Notes: generated by a model from the letters alone, not told the origin. 64,000 nucleotides of DNA from Prorocentrum cordatum (GCA_963575745.1 CAUYUJ010000002.1:1426001-1490000); one strand, 5' to 3'. Shown: positions 38,676 to 51,199, counted from the stretch's first letter. A program made the numbers and translations.

Positions 38676-39459
38676 CCACCACTGTCCTCTCCATCCTCCG
38701 GTTCGTCCTCGTTCCCGTCGCCCTCGTCGAGGTCCGCTGTAAAGGCTGAGTTCCACCTGAACTTGCGTCCTCTATGCTGTCGCCCACCTGGCTGTCGTCG
38801 CTGAGCGTCGATGCCGTCGAGTTGTATCTCCAATACCTCGCATATCGCATCCCAATCATACTCGTTCTGCGCCTGGCCCAAGAATGTTTTGCGCTGCGCT
38901 TCCGTGATGCCACACATGTCGAATAGGAAAAACGTTCGCAAGTCCTCCGAGACCTGCGCGCTGCCGCCTGCGAGGTCCTTCAGCTTCTCGTGTGAGTCTC
39001 TCCTTCGCTGGATGAGGTCCTTTATCGGTTCGTTGGGCCGCCGATGACCACGCTTGAAGTAATCCAGGAACGCCTTGTGCGTTTGTAGCGGGGCCACCTT
39101 CTCGCATTGTGCCCGTGCGCATTTGATCAGAACGTTGAATGCCTCCTCGATCGCCTTGTCCTTCTCGTCTGCCGCGTTGCCCTTCTTGAATAATCTCGTG
39201 AAAGCCGAAACTGATATCTTCTCATCCTTGTGGCTCAGCGTCCACGCTCTGTCTGTGAGGCCGTTCTTGACCTTCGCAATGAAACTCTTCTTCTTATTTC
39301 TCTGCCGTCTCTGCGCGCAAAAAAAACAAACCGCACTCGTTCATCCCATTATTCTGCTGAAGCTGCGTCGCCGCCATAACAGGGCATGCCGTCTTTGTCG
39401 AGCCAAACGTGTGTAGTCGTCCGTCTATCTTGCATCTGCGCCATGGTGTCGAAATCTGC

Positions 39460-39665
39460 TGGGTCTGCGAACTCTGTGATGTCCTTGAACTCTGTGAGGT
39501 TTATGAACTCTGTGAGGTCTGTGAACTCTGTGAAGAACTCTGTGAGGTCTTTGAACTCTGTGAGGCCTGTGAGGTCTGGAAACTCTGCGAGGTCCGACTC
39601 TGTGAGGTCTGGGAACTCTGCGAGGTCAGCCTCTGTGAGGTCTGTGAACTCTGTGAGGTCGGTGA
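39460..39665 (-). repeat. 18-bp tandem repeat in the copia #1 leader (encodes TEFTDL)
   Basis: gaactctgtgaggtctgt units; ORF 39349..39834. Confidence 0.85.
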
Positions 39666-39785
39666 CCGGGAACGGGTTCTCGAAGGTGAGTGGTCGCCCG
39701 AACTTCGCAGAACAGGTCTTGATGATATACAATAGCGTTATGAAACTGCACCAATGAAATAGCATAGGCCGTCTCGAAACGCACA

Positions 39786-39799
39786 GCTCCGCACTACCA
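39786..39799 (-). promoter_or_regulatory. Primer-binding site TGGTAGTGCGGAGC (probably initiator tRNA-Met)
   Basis: 1 nt inside the 5' LTR; TGG pairs with tRNA CCA; TGGTAG implies A73/U72 as in initiator tRNA. Confidence 0.75.
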
Positions 39800-39800
39800 G

Positions 39801-40128
39801 TGTCAATGATAATGGATATGAGCCTCTTTTCCACGAGCTGTAAGATCCGTTCGGTCGATCAATATGAAATTGTGCCAGTCGCACCACACACACAGCTGAT
39901 GAAATCAGGGAAACCCCAATCAAAGACTGGAACACATCTGATAACGTGTTATCGCTGTCTGGCTCCAAAATGGGATCCCCTGATGTCGTTTGAGAAGCAA
40001 ACGGCCATGGACATACAACATGGCATATCATGCAACATAAAACTCCTCAAGCCCTTGAAAATAGCGTTCAACTCACTAGCTGCTTATCTACTGCGTTTCG
40101 GGCTGTCCCTGAAACTCTCATCTTCACA
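39801..40128 (-). repeat. 5' LTR of copia #1 (328 bp)
   Basis: Matches 30904-31235. Confidence 0.95.
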
Positions 40129-40495
40129 CAAGAAACCTAAAGAGGGCTCCAGGGCCAGCGGAATGAGCGAAGCGATTAAATAAGTCAAGAAAGCAGTGAG
40201 TAGGAGGAGGGAGGATGAGTAGGGGGCGGAGCAGTAGGAGTGAAAGGGGCAGGAGGGAAGGGGATCTGGGAGGAAGCGGGAGAAGGGAGGGGGAGGTGGA
40301 GGGTGCTGTGGAGGTAGGAATAGGAGGAGTCGGGGGGGGGGGGGGGGGGGGGCACGCAACGGCGGCCGGGCCAGGCGGTGGCGCCAGTGGATGGCGTCTG
40401 AGGGGCAGAGCCCTCCTGCAAGCCCCCAGCCTTCCCCATAGCCGACCCCCACTGGCGGCGCACCACGGGGGGGAAGGGTGCGCGACGATGGCCCC

Positions 40496-40653
40496 TTACC
40501 AGCCTCGAACGTATCCCTATCCCTCAGATTGACACGCCAAAAGGCGATGACAATCTTAGGGATTCGCCCTCAAAAAATAAGGGAATCCCTAAGATTGGCA
40601 TCGTGATGAGCAGATGCCTAGCATAGGGATAGGGATATGTTCCTGGCTGGTAA
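40496..40653. mobile_element. 158-bp foldback MITE, 5-bp TSD GCCCC
   Basis: ttaccagcctcgaacgtatccctatccct versus rc ttaccagccaggaacatatccctatccct; inner arm cgatgacaatcttagggattc / gaatccctaagattggcatcg; gcccc at 40491-40495 and 40654-40658. Confidence 0.9.
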
Positions 40654-41719
40654 GCCCCTCTAAGTCTAAGGAGGCCGGGGTATTCTCAGAAGGCAGGAGG
40701 CCTCTCGGCAGGAGGCCCTGGAGGCTTCTGGGGAAATGTCTTGGAATCCTCCGGGTGTTCTCAACATGATCGACCCACGAACCCGGAAAGGGATTCAGAA
40801 TTGCGAAGCCTGGAAAAGTTCCAAGCACCTCAGTTGGGCGATGGACAGTGGCAACGCTGAAGATATCAATGGTGATGATACTGTGCCGTGGAGATGTGTG
40901 CTTCTCTGCGCTGTGCCGCGCCGCGCAATGACTTGCCAGGGGCCACGCCACGGAACGTGCCAATGGAGGTGCCAGGGGACGCGCCACGGAACGCGCCAAA
41001 GGGGACGCGCCACAGAACGTGCCAGCGGACGTGCCAGGGGACGTGACATGAGACTTGCCAGGGGACGCGCCGCGCGACGTGCCCAGGGGAGGCGCCAGGG
41101 AGAGCGCCAGGGAACATGCCCGAGGGTCACGACCCCTCGTAACTGACACTGGGCGGTGGGCGATGGGTAGTGGCAATGCTGAAGATATGCATGGTGATGA
41201 TACCGTGCCAAGGGATGTGCCAGGCTGCTCTGCACTGTGCCGCGCCGCACAGTGACGTGCCAACAAACGCGCCACGGAACGTGCCAGTGGACGGGCCAGT
41301 GGACGCGCCGCGCGATGTGTGCTGCAATGCTGAAGGTAACGATCGTTATGTACAGTGCCAGACGTTCTGCTGTGCCATGCCGCGCTGGAATGAAATGTGT
41401 CACGCCGCGATGAATGGCGCAGTGCTCTGCAGTGCTGTGGATCAAGTCGCCCTTGCAATCCGAGTCCTGACCGAATTGATCTGGATCGTGAGCTCGAGCT
41501 GTATGAACAAATAGCTGGCCCAGAGCTGGTTGCGATCGAAACGTGTTGGGCGCTCAATCAGCTCGAGATCTAGGTTCGATTCAGATCCGAAGCGGGACGA
41601 GACGAAAGGGGGCGCAGGGCGCATGGACGCGCAGGGGCGCACTAGGAGATGCGCCAGGCGACGTGCCAAGGAACGCGGCAATGGACGCGCAAAGAACGGG
41701 CAGGGAAAGCCCCAGGGGA

Positions 41720-43700
41720 CCAGCTTGCCCCGCTCTGGGGCGGTAGGAAATCACATCCTTTCACGCGTGCCCAGCCCTGGGGCGTTAAGAACCCACGTGG
41801 TGTCACGCTTGCCCCGCTCTGGGGTGTTAGGGACCCAAATGTTATCACGCTTGTCCCACTCTGGGGCGTTAGGAGCCCATGTGTTTGCATGCATGTCCCG
41901 CTCTGGGGCGTTAGGAACCGGCACGTGGTCATGCTTATTCCGTTATGGGACGTTAGGAACAATGTGTTTTCACGCGTGTCCAACTCCAGGGACTCCAAAA
42001 GTTATCCCGCCTGTGCCGCTCTGGGACGTTTGGTTTGGGACGTTAGGAGGCCAAGTGTTGTAACGCGTGTTCCACTCTGGGGCGTAGGGAACCCACATGT
42101 CGTCACGCGTGTCCCGCTCTGAAGCGTTGGGAACCCACGTGTGGTCTCGGTTGTCCCTTTCTGGGGTGTTAGGAGCCCACGTGGGTTCACGCTTGCCCCA
42201 CTCCGGGGCATTAGGAACCCACGTGTTTTCACGCTTGCACTGCTCTGGGGCGTTGAGACCCCACGTGTTGTCACGCTTGGTCCGCTCTGGGGCGTTAGGA
42301 ACCATGTGTTTTGAGTGTGTCCCGCTCTGGGGCATTACGAACTCATGTGTTGTCACTCTTGCCCCGCTCTGGGGCGTTTGGAACCCGTGCATGGTCATGC
42401 TTGCCCCGCTCTGGGGCGTTAGGAACCCGTGTCTGGTCACGCTTGCCCCGGTCTGGGGCGTTAGGAACCCGTGCATGGTCACGATTGCCCTGCTCTGGGG
42501 CTTCAGGAACCCACATGGCTTCAAGCTTGTCCCGCTCTTGGGAGGTAAGGCCCCACATGCTTGCACGCCTGTCCCGCTCTGCGGCGTCAAGACCCAATAT
42601 GGTTTCACGCGTGTCCCGTTCGTGGGTGTTGGGGACCATATGTGTTCTCGCTTGTACCGGTCTGGAGCGTTCAGAAACCCACGTGCGTTCACGCTGAACC
42701 GATGTGGTTTAACGCTTGCCGCGCCCTGGAGCGCTACGAACTCACGTGTGCCCGCGCATGCCTCGCCACTGGGCGTTAGGAACCCACGTGTTTTCACGCG
42801 TGACCCGCCCTGGGCGTTAGGAACCCATGTGTTTTCACACGTGTCCTGCCCTGGGGCGTTAGGAACCCATGTGTTGTTACGCTTGTCCCGCTCTTGGGCG
42901 TTACGGATCTACGTGTTTTAACGTGTGTCCCGCTCTGGGGCGTTAGGAACACGCATACTTTCACGCGTGTCACGCTCTGGGGCGTTAGGAACCCATGTGT
43001 TGTCACGCTTGTCCCGCTCGGGGGCGTTAGAAACCCACATGTGTTCACTCTTGCCCCACTCTACGGCGTTAGAAACTCACGCATGTTCATGTATACCCAG
43101 TTCTGAGGCGCGAGGCACCCACATGGTGTCATGCTTGCCCCGCCGTGAAGCATCATAAACCCAAACGTTGTCACGCTTGGTCCGCTCTGGGGCGAAAAGA
43201 AAGCAGCGTGTCTTCACGCTTGTCCCGCCATGGGGCATTAGGAACCCACGTGTTGTTACGCTTGTCCCGCTCTGGGGCGTTAGGACCCCACGTGTTGTCA
43301 CGCATATCCCGCTCTTGGGCGATACGAACCCACGTGTTTTCACGCTTGCACTGCTCCGGGGCGTTGAGAACCCACGTGGTTGCCCGCTTGCCCTGCTCTG
43401 GGGCATGAGGAACCGATGTGTTGTCACGCGTGTCCCGCTCTGGGGCGTTAGGAACCGACGTGATGTCACGATTGTTTGTTCCGCTCTGGGGCTTTAGGAA
43501 CCCACATGTTGTTAGGTTTGTTCCGCTCTGGGGCGTTAGGAACCCATGTGTTGTCACGCTTGCCCCGCTCTGGGGCGTTAAGAACCCACGTATGTTCGCG
43601 TTTGCCCTGCTCTGGGGCGTTAGGAACCCACGTGTTTTCACTATTGTTCCGCTCCGGGGCGTTCGGAACCCACGTGTCATCACGCTTGTTCGGCTCCCTG
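41720..43700. repeat. 42-bp tandem satellite (gggcgttaggaacccatgtgttgtcacgcttgccccgctctg)
   Basis: aggaaccc at 42421 and 42463 etc.; ~45 copies. Confidence 0.95.
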
Positions 43701-45240
43701 GGCAAGTTTTGCAACACAAGCTCGGGGACTCGGCTCGCAGGGCGCGCCATCCTCGAGCGGGCACGAACGAACTTCACTCATCTCAGTTTCTGTTAAATTT
43801 CAGACCTCATTATTTATGAAGGATTCTGCCCAAAGCGCACTGCATCATTTTAACAGAGGAGCGCGCGTCTGCGGACTGAGTGATCCATCGAGGATCCGAG
43901 ATGGGGGACACACTTTCCTCGAGCGGGCACGTGCGAAACGCATCTCTTCTAACCAACATGGGGTTGTACCTCGTTGCCGATCGCACATAATTTCGCTGAC
44001 CCTCTTCAAGTGGAGGCAAAGAGTTAACCAACTAAAAGAGAACCTTGCGAACTTTCCCGGAATGAATCGCCGGCCCTACGCGACCTCGCCATTCATCGCA
44101 AAATAAGATCACCGACCCCACGCAGGCTTAGGCCCCGCACAGGCGAACACTACTGAAAGAGAACCCTGGGCCGTTGCCCTTTCCTGGAAAAAGACCCTGC
44201 CTTCCAAGACCCCTCCCCCTGGTCTTCTGACAAGCCCCCCCACCCGCCCCATTGTGCGCAGCCAAGGCTTGTCTCGTCCCCTCCTGCTCACGCTTGCCAT
44301 AGTCGGCATCGGTGCACGGCCCCGTAAACGGGGACGCTGGCAAATGCATGACGTCGGCGTTCCCAAGAGAACTGCAGCGGCGGGTAGAAACAGCACCTTC
44401 TCTTGGCTTTCCCCGCGACAACAGCCCCTGTCCATCTTGAAGAGGGCTCGCTGTCGGCGTCGCCGCGGACGTTTTCCGCTTCAGACAAGAAATCGCATGC
44501 CCAGCAGTAGCCGCGGCCGGTTCTGGACAGCGTTTGCTGTTGGGAGCCGTGCCCATCTTTTCAGCATCCATCTCGGGCGCGCCAAATCAGGGCCCCAGAA
44601 AAAAAACTAGAGTCGGACTAAGGACAAAGTAACATCCTTCAAGAACGTGAGATCTCCGTTGGCCAAAATGAAGAGCATTCGTTCGAGGGTAGCCTCCCCA
44701 AGAATGCATAGAACACCCAATAAACACGAAGGACTTTAGGGTACCCTCCCCGAACCGACCTTGATCAGATAGGGGAACGAATAATGGCGTAAACATGAAA
44801 ACTCTGAGGTCTGCGCAGATTTCTTGGATCGGCGCCAGAGGCGCCCCCAGGGGGGTCCAGCGGCGATCCGAGAAATCCGCGCGGAGCTCCGAGTTTGTAT
44901 GTGTATGTCATTGTTCGTTCCCCTACTTTATGCCTCGGTCCGACCGTACATTGTGAGCCTGGATACACATGTCAATGGTGCCGGCCGACTGGTGATGAGG
45001 CGCGATCCCGAGTCGACCTTCGGGCTGGCGCCCAGCCGTCGTGGCGACGAGCGGCCCCCCGCGCAAGCCGCAAACGCACGACTGGCCGCGATGCCTCTCG
45101 TTCACCGCCACGTTCCCTCGATCGCCCCCTCCATCAATCCTCCCCCTCCTCCTCCTCCTCCTCCTCCTCCTCCTTCTCCTCCTCCTCCTCCTCCTCCTGA
45201 CCCAATTGGGCGACATCAAACTCTCCTGCTTTGGTGCTTC

Positions 45241-45336
45241 GGGGCCCCAAAACCATGTGGTGATGGACCGCGCGGTGACCTCGGAGTCCGCAGCGACCTC
45301 GCCGTGGGGCCCGTCACCGCATGGTTTTGGGACCCC
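45241..45336. repeat. ~96-bp inverted-repeat hairpin
   Basis: ggggccccaaaaccatgtggtga versus rc ggggtcccaaaaccatgcggtga; a related arm at ~45380. Confidence 0.7.
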
Positions 45337-46309
45337 AGAGGCCCCAACATCGCCAAAGACGTCCTCGGAGAACGACCCGAGCCCCAAAACCGTGCGGTGG
45401 CCCAGACCCCCACGGACTCACCACGCGGTGTGGGCACCACACCGTCTGGGGGCCTCCGAGAGGTATACTTTAGCCCTCCGACAGCTTCGCCGAAGACGCA
45501 TACGGACGCATACGGAAGAAGACAGAATCGACCCACGAGCCCGGCAAGGATTTTAGAGATTTCAGGGCACGGCAACGTTTTGTAGAGAGACCTGACTGGG
45601 CGACGGGCCATTGCAATGCGGAAAGTATCGAACGTGATGTACCGTGCCAAGGGTTGTGCTGTGCTGTGCTGCAACGAAATGTGTCATGCCGCGATGAATT
45701 CCGTTGTGCTCTATAGAGTTGTGGATCAAGTCGCCCTTAACATCCGAATCCTGACCGAACTGGCCTGGATCTCAAGCTCGAGCTGCCTGAGCGCATGGCT
45801 GACCCAGAGCTGGCTGCAGTCGAAACGTGCGAAACGCTCGATCAGCTCGAGCTCAAGATTCTTTTTGTTTCACCCCCACCGCAGCGCGACGCAGCCAAGC
45901 TCAGTTAATGAATCCTCTGGCCCGTATGCGTCGGCTCACAGAGGACAGTGCGACCGAACGACGCTGCGTCAGGAAAGCTGGACGGCCCACTGGCGGCGCT
46001 CAGCAATGGTGTGCCTAAGGTGGTCCAACACCGCCCCAGCTCGACTTCCAGATTCGCCTCCGCTCCGAAGCGGGGCGAGAGGGCACCGGGCGCAGAGCAC
46101 ATGGACGCGCCACGGAATTGTGCCAGGGGCGCACACTCGGGGATGCACCAAGGGGCGTTTCTGGGGACGCGGCAAGGGCCGCACCATGGAACGGGCAGGG
46201 GAAGCACCGGGGGACAAGCCAAGGAATGCGAACGAGACGGAGGACGAAGCGGGGGACGCGCCACGGGAAGCGCCGAGGGGGGATGGGCACACGCCGTCTC
46301 GCTTTGGGG

Positions 46310-47027
46310 CGTTGGGAGGCCATGTGCTTTCAAGCCTGTCCTGCTCTAGGGCGTTAGGAACGCATGTGTATTCATGTTTGTCCCGCTCGAAAGCGATAAG
46401 AACCCATGTGGATTCAAGCTTGTCCCGCCCTGGGGCGTTAGGAACCGACTTAGTTTAACCCTTTGTCCCGCTCTGGAGCGTTAGGAACCCATGTGGCTCC
46501 ATGCGTTTCACGCCGCGGGGCGTTAGGAACCCATGTGTGTTTACGGCTGTCCCTCCCGCTCTGGGGCGATAGGAGCCCATTTGCTTTCACGTTTGTCCCG
46601 CCCTGGAGGGGGGCAAATACCTGGGTGCTCTCACGCTTGTCACGCCCTGGGGCGCTGGAAGCCCATGTGTGCTCACGCTTGTCCCGCTCTGGGGCCTTGG
46701 GAACCCACGCGTTGTCAGACTTGCCCCGCTCTTGGGCGCAAGGGGGCGTTAGGGCCCCACGTGGTGTTCACAATTGTTCCGCTCTGGGGCGTTCAGATCC
46801 AGTGTGTTTTCATTGCTGTCCTGCTTCAGACCGCTGGGCCCCCCCCACATGTTTTCACGCTTGTCCGGCTCAGGGGCGTTAGGAGTCACGCTTGCTCCGC
46901 TCTGGGGCGCTAGGAGCCCATATGTTCACACTTGCCCCGCCCAGATCGTTAGGAACCCACGCGTGTCCAAACTTATCCCGCTTTGGGGCGTTAGGAACGC
47001 ACGTGTTCTCACGCTTGTCCAACGTGG
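46310..47027. repeat. 42-bp satellite (left part, interrupted by copia #2)
   Basis: Same unit as 41720-43700. Confidence 0.9.
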
Positions 47028-47209
47028 TGCCAGCTGGCATGGGGGACACAGTATATAATCACACGTGCGAGCGGATATCTTTAGAGCGCTCCCCAAGAGC
47101 ACAAACAGTAAAGCAGTCACTGGGCACGCGATTGCCCCTGAATCCCACGGGGCTGCGGGGCATGCTGTATGTCACAAGCGGAGGAGGGGAGAAAAGGAAA
47201 AACAGGACA
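47028..47209 (-). repeat. 3' LTR of copia #2 (182 bp)
   Basis: tgccagctggcatggg...aaaacaggaca. Confidence 0.93.
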
Positions 47210-47329
47210 AAGGGCCCACTTTCAGTGGGACAGACAGCAAGCCAAAACTGCCCTCACCCTCCCCCTGAGCAACCTCGACTGACCCACAGTCTCTCATGCT
47301 CCCCTGGTGAAGGTCCTCACAGGCGCGTG

Positions 47330-48188
47330 CTAATTCTCTCTTAGAGGCGGTCCTAGAGCGACTCTTCAGAACCGTGTTGACCGCTCTCTCGGACATCAGC
47401 CCTTCTTCATCGATCAAACAAATCGAACCTCGACACAACAGGTCAGCCAACGCCACATTCCCACGACACGGGTCCGCCTTGGTCATGGCGTCCGCCGCCA
47501 TACGGCCGTGAGGGACCCATCGGATTTGTGAGCCTATACTGGACATGGCGTCTCGAACCACCGCCAACTCTACGGCCCTTCTCCTGTCTTGTCTCGAGCC
47601 AGCTGAGTGACGACTAAGGGTGTCGAACACGAAATTTGCGTCGACCACAGAGAGACTGGAAGTCCGGCTTGCGAGCTCACAGTCTTTGCTCAGAACTACT
47701 GAAAACGGGGCCTGGCTGAGATGCCAGTCTGGGCTCTGGACGCTCTTAAAGGCCAGGCTTTGCCACATAACCTGAAGCCATTGGGCCTCTGCGAGCGCTG
47801 CCGAGAGACTTAGAGTCTCAGCTGCGCTCGTAGAAGCGACAACGCGCTTCAGCCTCGTGGAACGCCATGCGAGAAGAGACGCCTTGGCCCGCTGGTTCTT
47901 CCGAACAGCAGAATCAGCCGCGACGGCGAGGCACGCTCCCTGGGCCCCGTGATTTCTCGCAGATCCGGGCCCTCCCGCGTCGGAGATAGTAATGAACGTG
48001 AGACCCGGAGGATCGATCGGCCAGATCGCAATCTCTTGGGAGGCGAAGGACTTGAGGTGTCGAACTATCTTCCGGCAGAGAAGGGCATCGGCCAGAGTCG
48101 GGGCAGGCAACGCCGCCGCTTGCAGGCTGGCTCCGCCCGAGACGTCCGGTCTCGTCTCTCGGGCTAGCTGCTGAATTTGCGCCATCAT
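47330..48188 (-). pseudogene. pol: Copia #2 RNase H
   Basis: TISDAG, RVVASTSAAETLS, VVDANFVFD, RWVPHGRMAADAMTK. Confidence 0.9.
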
Positions 48189-48286
48189 CGCACGATATTA
48201 GTTGATCTCCTCTGGGGGGAGAAGGGAGGTAGGAAGATCAGTTCTTCACTTATTGTCAATCCTCATGGGAGCAAGCTGTTCTAGAA

Positions 48287-50254
48287 TTACTTTTCTTGAT
48301 CATCGAAAAACCTGCCGTCCTCCATCTGGCGGGAGCGCCCCCAGGCAAAATCGGAGTCGGTAATCTTCCACCTGCCGAAATGAAGCCTGGCATGAAGGTT
48401 CTTCCTAAGACTTCCCCGGTCGCTGGGATGTGACGCTATGATTAGGTCGTCGACTTCTATGAGAACGACCCCGCGGGGACCTCCATCGGAGCCTCGTTGA
48501 ACCCGCAAGCACGGCTCCAGGAAATATTTCTCGAACCCGATCGACGAAAGATGCCCTGCGAGGGTTCTGCGCCGCAACGACGGCGAATCATTCAGCCCGT
48601 GCACCGGAGCCATGAGCTCGATGAGCTCTCCTGGAGCGAAATGCAAACCTTGGCGTGGCTCGCAGAAGATCGCGCCGGCAGGGCGAGACAGGCGGTTCGA
48701 CTGGCAGAACGCGCGCTTTGCGCCAGCCACCTCCAGGGTCCACCCCACAGAAGAGATGGCCTGAAGCGTCAACATCGAGCTCTCGGCCTGAGGCGTTGGA
48801 GCGTATACTTGTAAATTCCCCCCTTCCGGATCGCGGTGCCCCTGAACGCGCCGCCTTGACTTGGCTTCGGGAGCTGGCCCAAGACCCTCTTGGGGTCTAA
48901 ACCTCCGGACCATCCTGGACTCCGGACATCTGTCGGGGCACTTGCACCTAATCACTTGAGCCTCGGGGACTGGAACCACCCGGGCCGCCCCTGACTTCAC
49001 GATCGCGAGCCATTCCTTTGAATCGGGAAAAATCGAAGAGAAGACGCTCGGCCAGAGAGATACCTTTAAGAGAGACTTCCGCGCCTCGACGCGCTGGAGG
49101 TTCCCCCCCGGAGATCTCCGCAAACGAGGAAGTCCAGAGAAGGCGGGGTCGAGGAAGAACCAGGAGCAGAGCTCTTCCCACAAGATCTCATCCTGAGGGT
49201 CGCTGGAGCCTCCCAAGATCTCATCTTCCCGGACGACCGGGGTCGGATCTCCTCGATCGGGGGATCTGGATCGGTCCCTGGGAGTGTCAGTACCCGAAAC
49301 AGCTTCCCGAGCGGCTTCCCTCTGGCGACGAATGCACATGGGGACGTCGTCCAGCAGACCGCGGCCCTCGATTTCAGCGATCGCGCGCCTCACCCCTCCT
49401 GGCCCCGATCCCTCTCTTCGCTCGGAGCGAGGCGAAGCCTCTGAGCGGGTCGAGCCGCGCTCTCTCAAGGCCTGGGAGACAACTCGAGCTCTGGGCTCGC
49501 TCGATACACGGGCCGCGGGCGCCCCCGCGGCATCGCCTAAGTCGCCAGAGGAGATCGGAGAGGGAGGGGCGGAAATCGAATGATCTGGGGAGGCAGAGGG
49601 GGGAAGCGTTGACACCTCTTCCTGAATCGGAAGGGCTGGCTCACGAGCGGGCCCCTCGAGAGACCCACGAGGCACCTCGCCCGGCTCAACAGGCGGAGAA
49701 ACAGCAACAAGCGGGCGATGAGACCCATCGGGTACTCTGGGATGCTGGACTCGCGCTGGATCGGTGCTCTGACCCCGCGCATCAGGAGGGCGGGGGCCTT
49801 CGGCCTCGACGCCAATGGCTCCAATGAGGCCCCAGGGATTAAGCAGCTCCTCTCTTGACGACTTCACGCGGTTCATGTCCAACAGTTCAGCCCCCATGGC
49901 CTCGCCGCGAGAGGCTGAGCGGATTTGCTCGACACTGCGCTTCAGAAGCCTAGTGCGCATGGCCACCCACACGGGGGTGTTCTGCGGATAAACTACAGCT
50001 CCAAGGCCCGCCCAACAGGATCGAGAGGACATGGTGGTCTGTCCGGTCGGACGGCGCCAAACGTAAACCCAAGTTCCTGGAACGAACTTCTGATCCGAGT
50101 GGTGGCGAGCCTTACTGGCCTCTCTGAAGCGATCCCGAACGTCCAGAGACATCACGGCCTTTCTGGCTTCCTCCCTGAACCGATGTGTGCGAGCAAATGC
50201 GGCGGCAGGTCCGTCCGCGTCCTGAGTCCACTGGGCAAGGTCAAAGACTCCCAC
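48287..50254 (-). pseudogene. pol: Copia #2 post-integrase linker + reverse transcriptase
   Basis: GTWVYVWR..WAG; AKSR..VQGHRDP, YAPTP, AKRAFCQ, PVHGLNDSP, LIEVDDLII. Confidence 0.9.
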
Positions 50255-50289
50255 GTCGTCTACGGCACATCATCAGATAGCAAACTGCG

Positions 50290-50960
50290 TGGAAGTCGCG
50301 GTCTCTCTCCGAAGACCAGCTGGTAGGGGGGATATCCGCCTCGATGAGAGTACCGATTCTTGGCGGCGATGACTTGAGCCAGCAGATCGTCGAGCTCCTC
50401 TCGATCACTTAAAGAAACGCAGGACATGGCTCTAAAAATGACCTTCTTGGCGAGACCGCCGTGACGCTCGCATCCCCCGTTCTGCCGCGGACTCTCAGCG
50501 TCGCAAATGTGATAAAAATATGCTTGACTCCTCGAGTCCTCGAATCACTTTGGCCTCGAATTCCGATCCTCCATCTGTCATGGCGATCTCCGGCGCCCCC
50601 ATGGGGCGCAGCCGCGCCCGCGTGAGGGCGGGCCAGACCTGATCAGCCGCGGCATTTTTTAAACTGCGCAGATCTGGAGGTTGGCGCCGTGGTCTAAGAT
50701 GTTAAGGATCGGGACCTGAGCGCCGAAACCAGGAACGAAGACAACATCCATTGCCACCAATTTGTTGAACCTGTAAGTACTGGGGAGATGGGCCTTTCTG
50801 CGCCAGTGAGGTCTTGATTCCGAGTGGCATTGGGAGCACTCAAATTTTCCTGATACCCATCGAACACATTCCTCCTTCATTCGCGCCACCCTGAACGCTC
50901 GAACGAACTCAGACTTGCGAACATGTCCCAGATTCACATGAAACTTGTGAATTTCGTTCT
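50290..50960 (-). pseudogene. pol: Copia #2 integrase (HHCC + DDE)
   Basis: KFHVNLGH..FECSQC; FNKLVAMD; NILD; MTDGGSEF (~50560-50582); ESP(R)QNG.CERHGG; GYPPYQLVFG. Confidence 0.9.
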
Positions 50961-51199
50961 GAATGTCCTTTGAGGGTTCGTCGGGCGATCGATTCTTGGG
51001 CCCCGGGGCCACCGGGCGAGACTCGGCCTCCGGTCTGGTCGGAGCGGTTGCCCGATCCTCGAGCGGAACCTCTGGAGGTCCCTCGACGTCCTCCTCGGAA
51101 TCAGAGTCAACGGAGATGGTGCCGGCGCTAGCTACTTGAGAGTCTTCTACGGCTGAGACAGGAAAACTAAAACTGGCGCTCAGGAGAAGTCCGGCGCTC

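Larger units (their letters stand above)
37330..39444 (-). pseudogene. gag: Copia #1 gag (split by the MITE at 37820-38675) with zinc knuckle
   Basis: MPCYGGD..WDERV, RRPNEPIKDL, EDLRTFFLFDMCGIT, YDWDAICEVL; knuckle (C>R)GACGEAGHWAGDPEC; removing the MITE restores the frame (EDSGG|DEDGEEM). Confidence 0.85.
30904..40128 (-). mobile_element. Ty1/copia LTR retrotransposon #1 (full length, decayed; gag-PR-DNMT-IN-RT-RH-TM-SAP)
   Basis: Paired LTRs TG...CA, TSD CAAG (30900-30903 and 40129-40132), PBS, integrase upstream of RT (copia order). Confidence 0.95.

Noticed and set aside
41720..43700. Telomere-like TTAGG motif in the 42-bp satellite
   Set aside because: A single ttagga per unit, not tandem TTAGGG/TTTAGGG
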